64,000 bases of DNA. Source: Amoebidium appalachense. Taxonomy: Eukaryota > Protista > Ichthyosporea. Under the pieces are notes generated by a model. The model saw only the letters and a list, made by a program, of their open reading frames with translations, made no database searches and had not been told where the DNA came from. How positions within the stretch are numbered: the first letter of the stretch is position 1; every line of letters begins with the position of its first letter. Of the stretch, positions 13,333 to 27,592 are shown one piece after another. The translations under genes were made by a program, and so were the position numbers. The stretch covers positions 9,130,907 through 9,194,906 of the forward strand of contig CAVNZM010000001.1 of NCBI GenBank assembly GCA_963693365.1. Reading direction: 5' to 3'.

Positions 13333-15396
13333 GGGGTGGGGGGGGGGGGGGGGTTGTTACAAGGAGAACATCTCACTACATAACGGTGAATCTGCAATGC
13401 TTACAGAGAGTATGCATCATGAGAACAGCTCATCCTCAGGTGGGGGTGGTGGGGATAGGGCAGCTTTAGCCACCCTGCCTGTATGCATGCGCGCGCACAC
13501 ACACGTGTGTGTGTGTGTGTGTGTGTGTGGGGTGGGGGGGGGGGGGGGGGGGGGGAGGGGGGGTAAGAGTAACATACGTAAGGACAACGGCGAAGTCGTT
13601 GTTGGTGTAGCCGAGGGCGAGGTTTGTCTTTGTAACGGCGCCAGAGTTGACGTTGTAGCCACCCTCGGCACCAAGAACAACGTGCTCCAGCGCATACACG
13701 GCAGACGCAACCACGGCGGGCCCGTTCAGCACATCGGCATCAATGTTCACGCGGAGGTGAGACTGGGCGTAGTCGAGGTTGACCTTGGCACCCTGCTTGC
13801 TGTTCGTGTGTGTGTGACGGGGAGGGGGGGTGGGGGGATGATGGCAGTGTGCATGTGTACAGGTGGAAGGAGAAGGGAAAGGAGGTTCGGGTGGGTGGTG
13901 CGGGTGAGGGGGGGGGAGGAGGGGGGGGGGGGGGGGGGGGGGGAGAGGGCGGAGGGTGTGTGTTCAGGAAGAGAGAAGGGAGGAGGCATGGGAGGGGAGG
14001 GGATCAAAAAAGTTAGCAACTTGGTTCTTTACAGGGAGCAAAATACGTGTGTGTGTAGGTTGGTGTGCCGAGAAAGGAGGGTAGTGATGGAGAAGAGGTC
14101 TTCTTAAGTTCCCTTTCAGGCATATACCATGCCCGGATGCAACCAACAGCATGTTCACCATGCTATCCCACTCCCCCCCACCCTCCCCCCGTCCCTCGCC
14201 ACCAGAACCGATACACACCGTTCTCGACCCCCGCATGCTGTTACGTTTAGTCTCCACCACTTCTCTATTCTGTGCACGGCCGATATTCGCCACACAAGGC
14301 TCCCCCTATTGCCCCCAAGCCCAGGGTCCCACGGCCTGAGCATGCACAAGTCAACAGGATTGTACTGTCTGTAACACTTGCTATAAGAAGGCAGTGGGGA
14401 GAAGAGGAGCCAGGCACCAAAAGGGAGGGGGAGGGGGACGATAACGGAGCAAGCTCTAACAGTAAAGGAAACATTTATTATCAATGAGGACTCTGCATGT
14501 GATTCGAGGAGGGGGCTGAGCCGGAGAGCAAGAGGGAGAAAGAGAAGGAGAGAGAAAGAGCATGCTAGATGAAGGAAACATCGAGGAGGGGGCTGAGCCG
14601 GAGAGCAAGAGGGAGAAAGAGAAGGGGAGAGAAAGAGATGCTAGATGCTCTGAGTGCAAGTGCAAGGAATGTTGGGGAAAGAAGGGGGGGGGGGGTCACG
14701 TACCCATCGGCAACGCCATAGGTGGCCTCGACCTCGGCCTTGAGGCCATCGGCGAGCTTGTTGTATGCAACGGTCTCCGTGAACACGTTCTTGTTGTTCC
14801 ACTTGTGCGTGAAGGAGAGATCGGCGGAGGTGTGCTTGGCCTCGAAGCTGCCGGCAACGTCGTTGGAGCCAGTGGCCTTGGTGTGCGTAGCCTTCAACTC
14901 CTGTGGGTGGATTAGGTGTTAGAGCCATGGTAATGAGGGGGGATAATGGTGACCACCAGTTGAGGGAAGTTTTGCAGGGGCAGTAAAAGTGGCTGACACA
15001 TAAGAACGGGCACAAGAAGGGGGGGGGGGGGGGGGTTGTTCAAGAATGAGTGGGCATTGCTGTACACCCATTGCTGGTAGGATGACTGTAGGGGAAGGAT
15101 AACATTTGAAGAATAAAGAGCTGTAGGGGAATGATAACATTTGAAGAATAAAGAGCTGGGACGGAGCACGTGGGGTGTGAGTGGAATGGCTTTAGAAAGA
15201 AGAAGGGGAGGGGGGAGTGGGTGTTTGGGTGGGTGGGTAGGTGTGGGGGGGGGGGGGGGGGGGGGGGGGAGAGGGCACTTGCCACGCCATTGCTGGTCTT
15301 GGAGTTGAACTCGACCTTAACCTCACCGAAACCGAAGTCCTTGTTGAAAAGGTCCTTGACGGTCTTGCCAAGATCAGCGAACTTAACGGGGGCCAT
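12481..15396 (-). CDS. VDAC: Voltage-dependent anion channel (mitochondrial porin); exons 15396-15283, 14900-14704, 13799-13578, 13224-13074, 12630-12481
   Basis: Starts MAPVKFADLGKTVKDLFNKDF and ends KAKLNHNGELGLGYTSTLRPGVKLTLGLNVDSKNLAADAHKVGIALTLNA*. All intron phases agree. Intron 1 is GC-AG. Confidence 0.95.
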
Positions 15397-17578
15397 GGTG
15401 ATAGATAAGGAGGCTGGCTAGCACTGGAAGGAGAGGGGGTTTGTGTTAGTGTGTGGTTGTGGCAAAAAGGAGGGGGGGAAGCCAGGGGAACCAAAGGAGA
15501 GGGCTGAGCTAGAAGGAAGGCGGTGTACTGGGCAAACGGACGAAGTGGGGGAAGGGTGGAGGGGCGGGGGGGGGGGGGGGGAGGGGGGGGGGGGGGGGAA
15601 AGCTGGCTTGGAGCAGCCAACAGACACAGGAGAGCAGCTGATAAGCATGTTAGATGCCTGATAATGTAGGAATTCCGAAACAGAAAGGATAAGAAAGGGA
15701 GGGAAAGACGAGGAGTCAGAAACGATGCTTCGAGCATGGAGATAAGCAAACAACGAACCCACACTATCTCAACTGACGGAACGATTCATCGAGCTCAGCA
15801 CATCATGCCCCTCTCACTGAGTTTTCCTCCATTAAAAGCCCGAACACAGTCCTTCCTCTCCGTATACTTCAACCACCTTCCCTCCCAAAGTTTCTTTCGC
15901 ACAACCCTACAAATTCTAAACCCATCTCAAAACATGAGCTCCTGCTTTTCCTACCACACACACACAGCTGTCAGCTTACCTTACAGGCTTTGACACTGAC
16001 TGAAAAACCCGACGTCTGTTTGTGTTTTGTCTTCTGGCCACGCTTACGCCGTGTATTCCACCGACGAGTAAACATGCTGATTATTGGCCAATAAGAACGT
16101 GTATCGTGCAAGGTTGTATTATGGATACCTTTGCTATATATAGCTATTGTGAAACGTGTAACCAATTAGAAAGGAGATCGCGCAGATCTGAATGGGGAGA
16201 CCGCACACTGCTACCGGCATATGCAATGAAAAGGCCTAAAAAATACCTTGCGTTAGGATTGGCTAACGCGAATGAGCTGCTACACCCATGCTCACTCTCC
16301 AAAATAAAAGGGAAGCAACTTCAAAAGAAATGCATGATTAGACCAAACCATCTCTATTTACTAGGCTAGCCAGTAAACAAAACAAAGAGGAGAAATATTT
16401 AGTAGAAACTTTCAGTAAACATATCAACACAATGAACCTGTCATGGGCACGAAAGGTTTTGGTTCTGGAATATGACGGTAGCAGGGCCAATCGCCAAGTG
16501 GTGCGGCTTGGCATTTGCGATACGTGTCCGGATTGGCCCATCCCTTGGACGTGCGATCTACTAGAAGAAAATTGCATGGTCAGGCCGATGAATCAGTGAT
16601 GATCACCCCATAAATTTTTGATCAGCACGGAAGTGCCCTGTCACCTATTTTTTCTTTGTAAAAGCCGGGTGACTCGTATTTTTCCTTACATCCCCATCCA
16701 CGGCCCGGGTACCATATCAGGAGCGGGCAATTTTTGAATTCTCCCTCCCCGGCCCCGCCGGGGAAAATTTGAGGTTTTTGGACCTCAAAGAAGTCAAATC
16801 CTGCAAAATCCACTACCGGGAGGCCAAAAAGGGTGATTTTACAAAAAAGGAGGGACATACATGAAAAAGAGAAAATGGGCGAGTTCAGTGGGCTGCCGAT
16901 AAGTATATTTCGTGCTGGGCCGGTATACATGCTGCCGTGGTTGTTGCTGTAGACGGCAGTATGGCATCGCATGTGTCACGTGACCTGCACGTGAATGCGA
17001 CCATGTGCAGGCACTGAGTCTAGGGGGATTTGTATGTGTGTTTTGGAGCACCGACAAGGCAGAGCCAGGGTGAGGGATGTGTAAACATGGAGTTTAGGGA
17101 GATCGTGCTGCTATTGTAACATGTGCACAAAACAGCCACGTGCACCGGCACACTCCGGTGTACAGAACAATAATATGCACATGCGTCACTGTAATATCAT
17201 GTATGCGCATGCCGCACAAGGTTTAGGAGACCACCACAGTATATACTATTTTCTTTTGGTTGATATCCATGTAGGAATGGTGTGTTGCAGTTGTCATGAT
17301 CAGCCTGAGGCAGGCACGTGCACTCACTGAATCACTAGAACTCATGAATAAAAAATACATTCGCTAAAAACGGCAAGGTAAATTTGGGGCCAAGCTATTA
17401 TTTCCCCCTTTTAAACGTTTTTTTAGCTCCAAGAACTTCGACGCCAAAATTTCTATATTTGGCCATCGTATATGATAATGAACACGTGTACTTAAATTAA
17501 AGTAGTTATATAAATATGAGCGGCCCGTTACAAATACAGTGACGAAAAACAGTGACCCACGAGCAGTTTTTCTTTCTA

Positions 17579-17634
<56 letters not shown>

Positions 17635-18961
17635 ACACACACACCAGACACACACACCACCACCACGGTGACCACCACCACCACCACCACCACCACTCAC
17701 CCCTTAAAAAAACCACACACATACGTGCACGTGTACACACACACACAGAACACCACCACCACCTCCACTGGACCCCATTTCCTCGTTGTTTTCTTAAGCC
17801 TTCAGACCAGTCCTGCACACTGGAGTTAAACAATTGAATTCACCTAGGCTGACATGCATCCACCCCCGCCTTCCACTTCCCTCCCCCCCCACCCCCCTCC
17901 CCCCACCCCCCCACCCCCACCCCCTCCCCCTCGATGAAGAAGGGCCCCCGTAAGCCTTGGGGGGGGGGGGGGGGGGGGGGGGGGGGAAGGGGGGAGCTCT
18001 TGAGCCTCCGGGTAGGGAAGTGGGGTCCGGGGATCCGGAGAGGAGGGGGGGGGGGGGGGGGGGGAAGGGGCATATAATATTGGGCCTAGATATCATAGTA
18101 TGGGGCCCCGGGGGAGGGGAGAGGTGGGGGGGGGGAGGGGGGAGGATCCACGGGAAAGACCTTTAGGTGCATGTTCTTATTTATACCCCCTTCGAATCAT
18201 CCCCCCTCTCCCCCCCCTCCCCCCCCCTGAGTGCAGGCCGTGACGTAGCTACGATAACCCTGCAGAAGGCAACAAAAATGTATTAATTACTAGCACTATA
18301 CATGTGTTCATAGTGCAGCTTGCACCACGTATGATCTCAGCAACTTTAAAGTAGTCACAAAGTTTAGTTATTTTCATTATTTTCATTGCTCTGAACTCTA
18401 TTACTCTGAAATGATCACCGTGCATGTGCCGCAAGATAACAACCCTATATGTGTGCAGCTGCTGCCTGCAGGTTAGACTCGCTGAAAAGACAATTGTCAG
18501 TGTGCATCCGACGCTTGCAGCTGCAGCTAGCCTCTGCAACATTAATACTTGCCAAGTGAATGCTCTTACACTTGATCATCATTCACTCAAAAAACCGAGG
18601 ACCGACAGATTAAATATTAATGTCGATCCGAATGATCAGCAAGTGTCTATGCGTACTACTATATATACACACACGTAAAATGCGAAGCTATCAGTTACAA
18701 GGCACACCTGCTGCACTGGCACACATACACATACACACCGGCAGATCGATGCTGTCAAAATTTACTTTCATGTACTTCGTAGGTCCGACACAGGTGCACA
18801 TGAACACGTACATATGTACAAGCCGCGCACACACCACACCACACATACACACACACACACACACACTCACACACACACACGCACACACGCACACACGCAC
18901 ACACGCACACACGCACGCACGCACGCACACACACACACACACACACGCACGCACGCGCGCG

Positions 18962-19050
<89 letters not shown>

Positions 19051-19463
19051 CACTGGGTGCGCTCGCTGGGGATTAGTTTTTTGGCACGCTGTTGACTTTA
19101 TCGTGTGTTTATTATTTGCTATTTATTGGCCAGCGGCCAACATTTAAAAATATACTATATACCTAAAAATAGATACTGACTACGGCCAGCAGACATTATA
19201 CACCTTCCAGGACACATTAACACCAATAGTCTAACACACCATACTCTCGATCACAAAGAATTCCTAACAAACAGAGAAAAGTGCAAAGGCTCTGTACTAT
19301 TACTCAGATTCTAAATTTTAATTCTTTACAGTAAACTTCGGAATGAAAGCTAGCCCCCCCCCCCCCCCCCCCCCCTCCCCCTAACATGACTGTACGAAGA
19401 ACAGGTATAACTTGAAGCACTACAACACATATGAGATCCGTTACATTGGTGTACATTCCAATA

Positions 19464-21135
19464 TTAGACACTAGTTTGGCTACTCTGACTACTCTGAGAT
19501 CCTGATTGGCTGCCTGCAGACTTGCGGCCACGATTACTTTGCTTTCGATCGTGCCATTGCAGCTGCGTCTCTCCAGCAGGTGGCAACGCCAGGCCCAGCA
19601 CAGCAGATGCACGAGAAGGGGGTGGGAACTGCCCACCAGCCGAGGGCTGGCCCACATGGCCCAAGTAAGGATGGGGACCGTGCTGCGGCAGTAGCCCAGG
19701 CATGGGGAAGGCAGGGCCGGGCTGAGGCGGCATGATGCCCCACGGTGGGGGCCAGCCATGTGGGTGGTGCGGGCCTGGATGGGGTGCAGGGGGCATGTGC
19801 GGCACATGGCCCTGCTGCATGTCAAGCGCGGGTGCTGGTGGCATGGCATCCTGATTGGCTGCAACCCAACGTGGGCAGCTCTTGGCCCGATTGGAGCCGG
19901 GGCAGCCCTTGCCCTGGCGGCCACACGTCTTGCAGGTCTTGGGGGCTCTCTGGGGTGGCTGCATAGGAGGGGGCACCGGCAAATCCATCTGCAGGGGCCC
20001 CTCAGGGCCAATGTTGCGATGCTTTTTGCCCACTAGCATGGGCAAGGGCCGCTCACGCTGCGCCCCTGCATCGACACCGTCTGGAACAGGGAGGGGTGGC
20101 AAGGGGGCAGGCCGTATGGTTGCTGGCACAGCGTCTGCCCTCTCCTCGCGCATACGCTTGCGGTGATCTGCCAGGCCCTCGTGTGTGGAGCGCTGTGCAT
20201 GTGCCGTCTGCCAGGTCTTCCACTTGTCGAAATGCTTCTTGATGTAGGCCGCATCCTTCATGTAGATTCCCCCAGCCACAGAGGCAGCCTTGTTGAAGTC
20301 TTGGGCCAAAGCCTCGAACAGCTGGCCGTTGGGCTTTGCATGTGCCTTGTAGGTGCCCAGGAGCAGCGTGCTGAATAGCTTGCGCTCCTGAGGGGTAAGC
20401 ACCGGAAGGAAGGGGATGGCCACATGTTGCTTCTGCGCCAGGAACTTGTAGTCGCCCCTCAGTGCAGGGTCCGGCTGTGGTGCACCACGCGCCACCTGGT
20501 TGCCCCCCCCCCATGGCAGCACCGTCACCCTCCTCGACCTCACAGTCCTCTGGCCCGCCCATCACGCCATTGGCTGCAGGCTCGATGTTATCAGACGGAG
20601 GTGGGGGTGCGGGCACCGCAACTGGCTCCTGCGCCGGGGCATTGGCCACACAGGAGAGCGGGGCAAAGTTGAAGTACTCCTCCGGTAGCTTGTAGCAGCC
20701 TACGGGTACCCACTGGGGGTCGAGGTGATGGCCGTACAGCATCAGCGCCAGTGCCTCCATGTCGTCAACAATCCAGGGGCTGTAGTGGGGGGGCCCCGAT
20801 GCCTGGCCCAGGCGGTTGCGGTAGTGTGCACGCAGGTTGTGGCGGTGGCGCCTATTGGACATGGTGGCGTCCAGCAGGCGCAGCGACATGCGTGTGGCCC
20901 CAAAGTGGGTGGCCAGGGGGTTGTGCACTGCCCCCTCCACCTCGTTGGTGCCCCGGATGCAGCGGTAGCGCATGAGCCCATCTGCGTCGGCAGTGGTCTC
21001 GTAGTAGAGGGGCAGGCCGGGGGGGTCCGACAGACAGCCATTTTGGGCGTGTTCGAGCAGCGACTGTGGGGGCACAAGCAAACATCAGAGAGATGGGTGG
21101 GTGGTGGTGGTGGTAGTGTGTGTGTATGTGTGTGT

Positions 21136-21166
<31 letters not shown>

Positions 21167-21251
21167 GGGGGGGGGGGGATGGGGTTGCTAAGGAAAAAAA
21201 CGAGCAGGGAAAGGCAAAAAACAACTGGCTAGGCAGCAAGGGCCGTGCGGG

Positions 21252-21323
<72 letters not shown>

Positions 21324-21912
21324 ATGTTTGGGGGGGGGAGGGGGGGGGGGGGGGGGGGGGGAGGCTAGGGTGTGCGTGTGTGTGCAGATGAACCAAGGAT
21401 GACAAATAAGCGAAGAATCTTTTCTGTGGTGGTGGAGTTGTTGGGCGCCTGCAGGGGAGGGGGGGGGGGGGGGGGGATGTTGCCTCGAGTCTTTCAAAGC
21501 CATCCTTCTTGAACAGAGGCTTGCCATCCGGTCCGGGCGGCACATCCTTGTAGGTGTTTTTGAACTCCACCAGCCGCGAGACCAGCGTGTATGGGTCGGG
21601 AATAACCCGCCGGATGCGCTCCATGAAGTAGCTCAGGTCGCCGCCCTTGAGCTCGGTTTCAATGTCGATGCCCTTCTGCTCCAGCACCCCCTGTGAGGCA
21701 GGATGCCAATATTAATTTACTACGCACACTGCAATTTGGGTTTGGTAGACTTTGATACCTGCCGTTATTGTAGGACCCCTCCCCTCCACCCCCCCCATCT
21801 TCTCCCCCAACACAAGTAAAAAATGCATGTGGCTATTTCCCCCCACAACCCTACATTATTTCTCTCTAGGCATATGAATAACCCCCACTCTCCTCCCCCC
21901 CTCCCCCCCCCC

Positions 21913-21947
<35 letters not shown>

Positions 21948-22992
21948 TTGCCCCCCCCTCTCTCTGAGGCTCAGGCTCTCTCTCTTCCCTCAGAAGTTTT
22001 GTCGAAGGTGTGCATGGTTGTGGGTGGAATGGTGAGTGTGTGCTAACGAGTGTATGTGTGTGTGCGCGTCAGTCACGCATGTTGTTGTTGCCGTTTTTTT
22101 TTTTTTTTATTTTTTATTTTTTATTTTGGGGGGGGGGGGGGGGGGGGAGAGAGGCACCTTCACATGTCCGTAATCCTCTTCATTCCACACAAATATTGCC
22201 TCGCTGAGTGCGCGTGCGTACTCAGCCCTGCGGGGGTGTGACTTGTACGTGCCGTCCGCCGTGTTTGCAATGGAGTGGAAGGCGTCATTCAGCACAGTCT
22301 GCCACACCACCTCCCCAGGCGGTGCCTGGCCCAACATGCCCTCTCTGGGAGCTGCCTCGGGTCCCCCTGGGGCTGCCTCAAGGCCCCCCGGGGCTGCCTG
22401 GGGGTCCTGGGGGGGTGCCTGTGGGCCGGCAAGGGGTTGCTGCTGCTCGGCAGGGGGAGGACTGGCAGGGGGAGGGGCTGGGTCAGGGACCACCGGCACC
22501 TCGGCACCTGGGTCCGGTGGGGGCTGAATGGGCCGTAGCCACTGCAGGTGCACCATCAGCTCAAAGGGCGGCGGGCCCAGCTCTCCCAGGGTCTTGCCCT
22601 TGTCGGGGCCAAAGGGCACCTGCATGGCCGGCGACAGCACCTGATCCACCCGCACCACTGCATGCTTCTTGCCCACCTTCATGCCCCCCCAGCGCTCCGG
22701 CTGCACAGCCAGCACCACCCCGGTGGCTGCTGCAGCATGTGGGCCCCGCCGGGGCACAATCTCAACCCCTTCACCGAGTGCCTTTGCATGAAGCCGCGCT
22801 GCATGTCATAGAGGGAAGCAAAAAACTCAGCCAAAAAGCCACAGCACCAACGTTTTTCTCTTCGCTCCACAAAAATCAAATGCATATTCCTTAGCAACCC
22901 CCTTCCCCCCCCCCCCCCCCCTTCTCCCTCCCCCCCCCCCCTCTCCCAGTGCCCAGCTTGTGTGGCACTTGCACGTGTTAACAGTGCTATAG

Positions 22993-23027
<35 letters not shown>

Positions 23028-24685
23028 ACCACCACCACCACCACCAATCACCCCCTCCTTTGATAGCCACCCGACACCCAGCATAACACAACTGGAACAC
23101 TGGCCCATGTGGTCAGCCACCCCCCCCCCCCCCCCCCCCCCCCCTCCCCCCCCCCCCTCCCCCCTCCCCTCTCCTCTGGGGGGCCCACAATCTTTCTATA
23201 TCTGGCATAAGCACATAAGCACTGGGGCAAAAAGCAGGTGGGATACACACCTGACAGGTTTGGCCTATCGACCACGGCCGAGTAGACCTGCAGGGACGCA
23301 TATGCATCAAGGGCAGCGTAGGTGGCCTGCACCTCTGATAGCGGCTCGTGCCAGTTGGAGCATCGAACAAGTGCCGGCTTGGGCAGCTTCTTGCCTATGA
23401 CCTGGGCAGTGATGTCGGCCAAGCCCCGGGCCGCAGAGGTGATAGCTGCACGGGCATAGCAGAACCGGCCCAGCTCCAGATAGCTGGCCACAGGGGTGCC
23501 GTAGTCCTTGTTGAGGTGGGCCGAGTCCGTGCCGATCTGCTTGCCCACCTTGATGATGCTGGGGTCCCTAAGCAGCGCAATCAGCTCGTCCACCAGCCGC
23601 GCGGGCGGGCTGTGGTTGGGGCCCATGCGTGCCAAGTGGAAGATGTACACGGCCCGTGCGGTGGCAATCTGCAGCGTGCAAACCTTGGACCGCGCCTGGC
23701 CCACCCGATAGACCCACTCGCAGTCCAGCCCCACCACGCGGTGCTGCTGCCCCTCCAGGTCGGCACGAATGGCCGCTGTAGCCACCACCGCCCCCTGGCA
23801 GTCGGTGTACACCGGCTTAGGGTAGTTGGCCGGCAGCTCCAGCCCAGGCAGACCGTCCGTCACGCTTACCAGCGCAGCCTCGTTCAGACGGACGGGGCAT
23901 TTTGGCCGGGCTAGGGTTGGAAACATGCGCTCAACAAACGCCCGGTCTTGGCAGCACCGATCTGTGTAGAAGAAGGCCGGGCCCTTGCTGTTGAGCGCCG
24001 CCGTGGTGGCAGAGATGCGCTGGATCACGGGCTCAATCTCCTGGTGGCTGCAGTCCCGTGTAAATACCTGCGCCCGGATCTCTGGGGTGCCGCACTGTGT
24101 GAGAGGGCATCTCCGAGCGGCCATGCATGTTCTAGCTTCCCTTACCACATGGCCCTTCACGAGACTTCAGTGCCCACACAATCCTTTCCCCCTCCCTCCC
24201 CCCAAACCCATGTGCCCACATACTTTCCCCTCCCTCTCCCCCAAAACCCTTCCCCCTCCTTCCCCCCAAACCCATGTGCCCACATACTTTCCCCAGGCCT
24301 CCCTTTCCCCCAAAATCTTCCCCCCCCCCCCTCCCCCTAAACCCATGTACCTACAATCCTTCCCCCTTCCTCCCCCTAAACCCTTGTGATCACAATCCTT
24401 TCCCCCTCTCTGCCTTCCCCCCAAACCCATGTGCCCACGATCCTTCCCCACTCCCCCCTCCCCCCAAACCATGGGACAGCCCTCCATATGGCACCTACTG
24501 TCCCCCCCCCCCCCCCCCCCACCCCACCCCGGGCCTCTTGCCCTCTCTACCTTCAACCCCGACGGTGGTGTCTCCCCCCCCCCCCCCCCCCCCCCTGCAT
24601 CCCTTGCAATCACTGGCCCCTACTCCCATTCTGCTTGGCAGAAGCTTGCCCCCCCCCCCCCCCCCCCTCCCCCCCCCCCCCCCCC

Positions 24686-24717
<32 letters not shown>

Positions 24718-25631
24718 ATTCCCCGCCAAAAGAAAGCTCCACCCCAGCCCACCCCAATCTCTACCCAGCAAAAACACATACACACATATCTGGAGCTTCC
24801 TAGTTTTTGCTCGACAGGGCAAGAATTGTCCCCAAAACCCACATACTACAAACCTCTACTCACAGTGTGCCACCTCATTAAATGTGGAGCCTAAGAGATT
24901 TAAAGGCCCTAGAGGGGGAGGGGGGGGGGGAGGGGGGGGGGGGGGAGGGGGTGTGTGTGTGTGTGTGTGTGGGGGGGGGGGGTGGGGCGTGTGTGGGGGG
25001 GGGGGAGGGGGGGAGGGGGCCTGGGGGGAGAGTGGGGGGAGGGGGGGAGAAGAGGAGGGACCACACACCGCCAAGCTCGTTTACACAAGTCCATAGGCCT
25101 CGGTACAGAGGCTCCCCATTGATGCCGGTGAGCTTCCCAATTTGGAAGGTGTGGTCGGCCTTGAGCACGTTGTTTACGGGCTTGAGCTGCGTGTCCAGGC
25201 TCTGGTACTTTGCCGTGCGGTCGCTGAACTCAGTATACACGGCACTCAGGTATTTGCCTGAACCCCAAGTACTGTTAGAACTCCACCACCCTCCCATCAG
25301 GACCATCCCCCCCATTCCCTCTAGTCCCTCGTGTTCATCTCACCTCTCTGTATTTTCGTAAGTCTGTATGGCTTTTCCCATCTCAAAAACGCTACACACC
25401 CATCTCCGGCCGTTTGCCCCCCCCCCCCCCCTCCCCCCCCCCCCTCCCCCCGCCTCCCGGCGCGCGCAAACCCTCCAAGTCATTGCACCAACTTTCACCT
25501 TCTTTCCCCTTTGTGCCCCATCTGCAGTTTGTCCCCTGCACGTCCGTTTGCCCTTCCCCCCACACCCTCCTGCCACTACTATAATAACCATTAAGTACCG
25601 CCACCAAGATCCAGTCTACCACCATGTGCCC

Positions 25632-25663
<32 letters not shown>

Positions 25664-27347
25664 CTCTCCACCTCCTTTCCCCCAACACACACAGACACAC
25701 ATGCGCACACCCACCATCTAATTTCAGGCATAACAGTTCTCCACGATTTCCCAAGCACACTCACTGGTACATGGACCGTTATGCTTTCACCCCTCTGATG
25801 ATCCCTCTGCCCTCCCCCCCCCCCCCCCCCCCCCCCACCACCACCACCACCACCACCACCATGATTGATTGCCACCACCACCACCTAATCCATCACCATC
25901 TCCCCCCTCCCCCTCCCCCCCCCCCCCCCTCCCCCCCCCCACACACACACACACACACACGGACCCACAAGTACACGCACACTCACAGGCGCACATCCAC
26001 CACCACACATCCACCACCACCATAATAGAAACTTATTGACCACACTTCCAAAACCCATTTCCAAGTCCCCCCCCCCCCTAAAAAAAAAATAAAAAATAAT
26101 AAAACAAAACCCTACCAAGCCAACCCAAAAAATGCCCAAGCACGTGCATACAAAACAATGGGGACCATTTACACACCCAAAATGCAGTGCACACTTGCCT
26201 GAAGGCACATGTCCAGCGTAACCATTTTTGTCACCAAACGCCGAGAACTTAGCCGCCTGCTCCTCTGGGGGAAGTTCTGTCAGGCGCTGGTCGTGGGGGC
26301 GGAAATCGTTACGCTTTTTGAGTTCATACTTGGTCCAATGCAGCGCCCTCGAGTAATACAGGAGCCGCTGCTCGTCGTATCGCTGCTTGTGGAGCTCCGA
26401 GAGGAGGGTGGCAAAGGCGTTTGGGCCCACACCTTTGTCTGCCAGTGCACGCAACAATGTTACCACCTTTAGGTCGAGCCCACTGCGGTGGCTAAGGTAG
26501 GCCGGAAACTGATCACGCATGAAGAGTGGAAGGCGTTTAATTGTCTGGGGGTTTGTGCCGGCAAAGTTTTTTTTGCATGTGTCACAAAAGTACCGGGCCG
26601 TGATAATGTAGTAGCAGCTGTCAAAGTCGATAACACGCCGTCCTACGGGGTTGCTCATGAACCCATTGCGAGAAGTACGGTGTGGGTTGGGGTGGTTGTG
26701 GGGGTCCACGTAGTGATCATCGAAGGGGCACGGCACCATGAAACCGGGAGACAACCTTTCCGGAAGCCAGGCAAAACATCTGGGTTTGTAGAAAGGCGCT
26801 GGATCGCCCCCAAAATTAAAGCCTATAATGGGAGGTGGAAGATGCCACCCCACAGGCGTCTTCTCATCTTTGAGACTCTCTTTCACTGTGTGCAGGTGCG
26901 ACTTGATTGTTTCGCCCGCCGCGTCAGAAAACTCCTCTCCACCGTCATCCCCGTCCGTATTATCTTCTCCCTCTTCCTCCCCTTCATCCTCGTCTACCCG
27001 GTACGCATCTGCTGCTGCATTTAGCAAAGGTTCCTCGTCGGGTTGCACCTGTATGTCTGGTGGGTGTGGAGCAGGGGCCCGATCCATTTCTCTTGGTAAC
27101 GAATGGACGCTACCTGCCTCAACTACACGGGCCCTTATGTCGGCGGCCTTAGATAGAGGGGGCTGTTCGGGTTGTACGTTTACGTTTAGTTCCTGCAAAA
27201 CAGCTTTGTTTGCCGTCCCAAAACCTGCAAAGTTCGCTAAAGGCTGAACAAATGCAGCATCTTTTTTTTGCGCCCAGCTCCCTCCCTAGCTCCGCCTGTT
27301 TTATGCCCAGGGCGCTGTGTTGTGCCCTTAGGGCAGCCTGGCTTCAT
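19464..27347 (-). mobile_element. Spliced transposase-like gene: DUF6729-like + Mutator-like DDE with inserted DEDDy 3'-5' exonuclease + C-terminal Cys motif; exons 27347-26199, 25257-25069, 24081-23251, 22798-22158, 21690-21484, 21063-19464
   Basis: N-terminal GGAREGAGRKK. DUF6729-like FYKPRCFAWLP..CP..GRRVIDFDSCYYIITARYFCDTC..FPAYLSHRSGLD. Putative catalytic segments KADHTF, FYTD, NDAFH, GTNEVEG. Exonuclease motifs VGLDCEW, KVGKQIGTD, YAALDAY. C-terminal CKTC..CPG..C. Two homopolymer frameshifts at about 27265 and 20510. Confidence 0.8.
24170..24480. repeat. Intronic minisatellite (CCCAAACCCATGTGCCCAC.. units)
   Basis: About six degenerate copies of AAACCCATGTGCCCACA(T/C)A followed by C-rich spacers. 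Confidence 0.75.
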
Positions 27348-27520
27348 TTTAAACACTTGGGGCCTGGCCCCCTGCCCCCCTAGTGCGACTACGTTACCGC
27401 AAACATTCCCGTATTCCAGTGTGCTCGGCAATGCTGCTCATGGCCTTCCCGGACTGGTTGTGACCAGTAAAGAGCGCGCCAATTCCTGACCGCCGCCTAC
27501 AGCAGTGTATGATCTGTTAT

Positions 27521-27592
27521 CCATATTCGGCAAAAGGGGTCTTGCCCAACCAATGGCTTGAATCCTTGTAACTTTGCTTTATCCATATAAGG
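27521..27592. promoter_or_regulatory. CArG box plus CArG-like repeat upstream of the transposase ATG
   Basis: CCATATAAGG (27583-27592) is a perfect CC(A/T)6GG. CCATATTCGG lies at 27521-27530. Both are preceded by TTAT, with a CCAAT between them. Confidence 0.35.
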
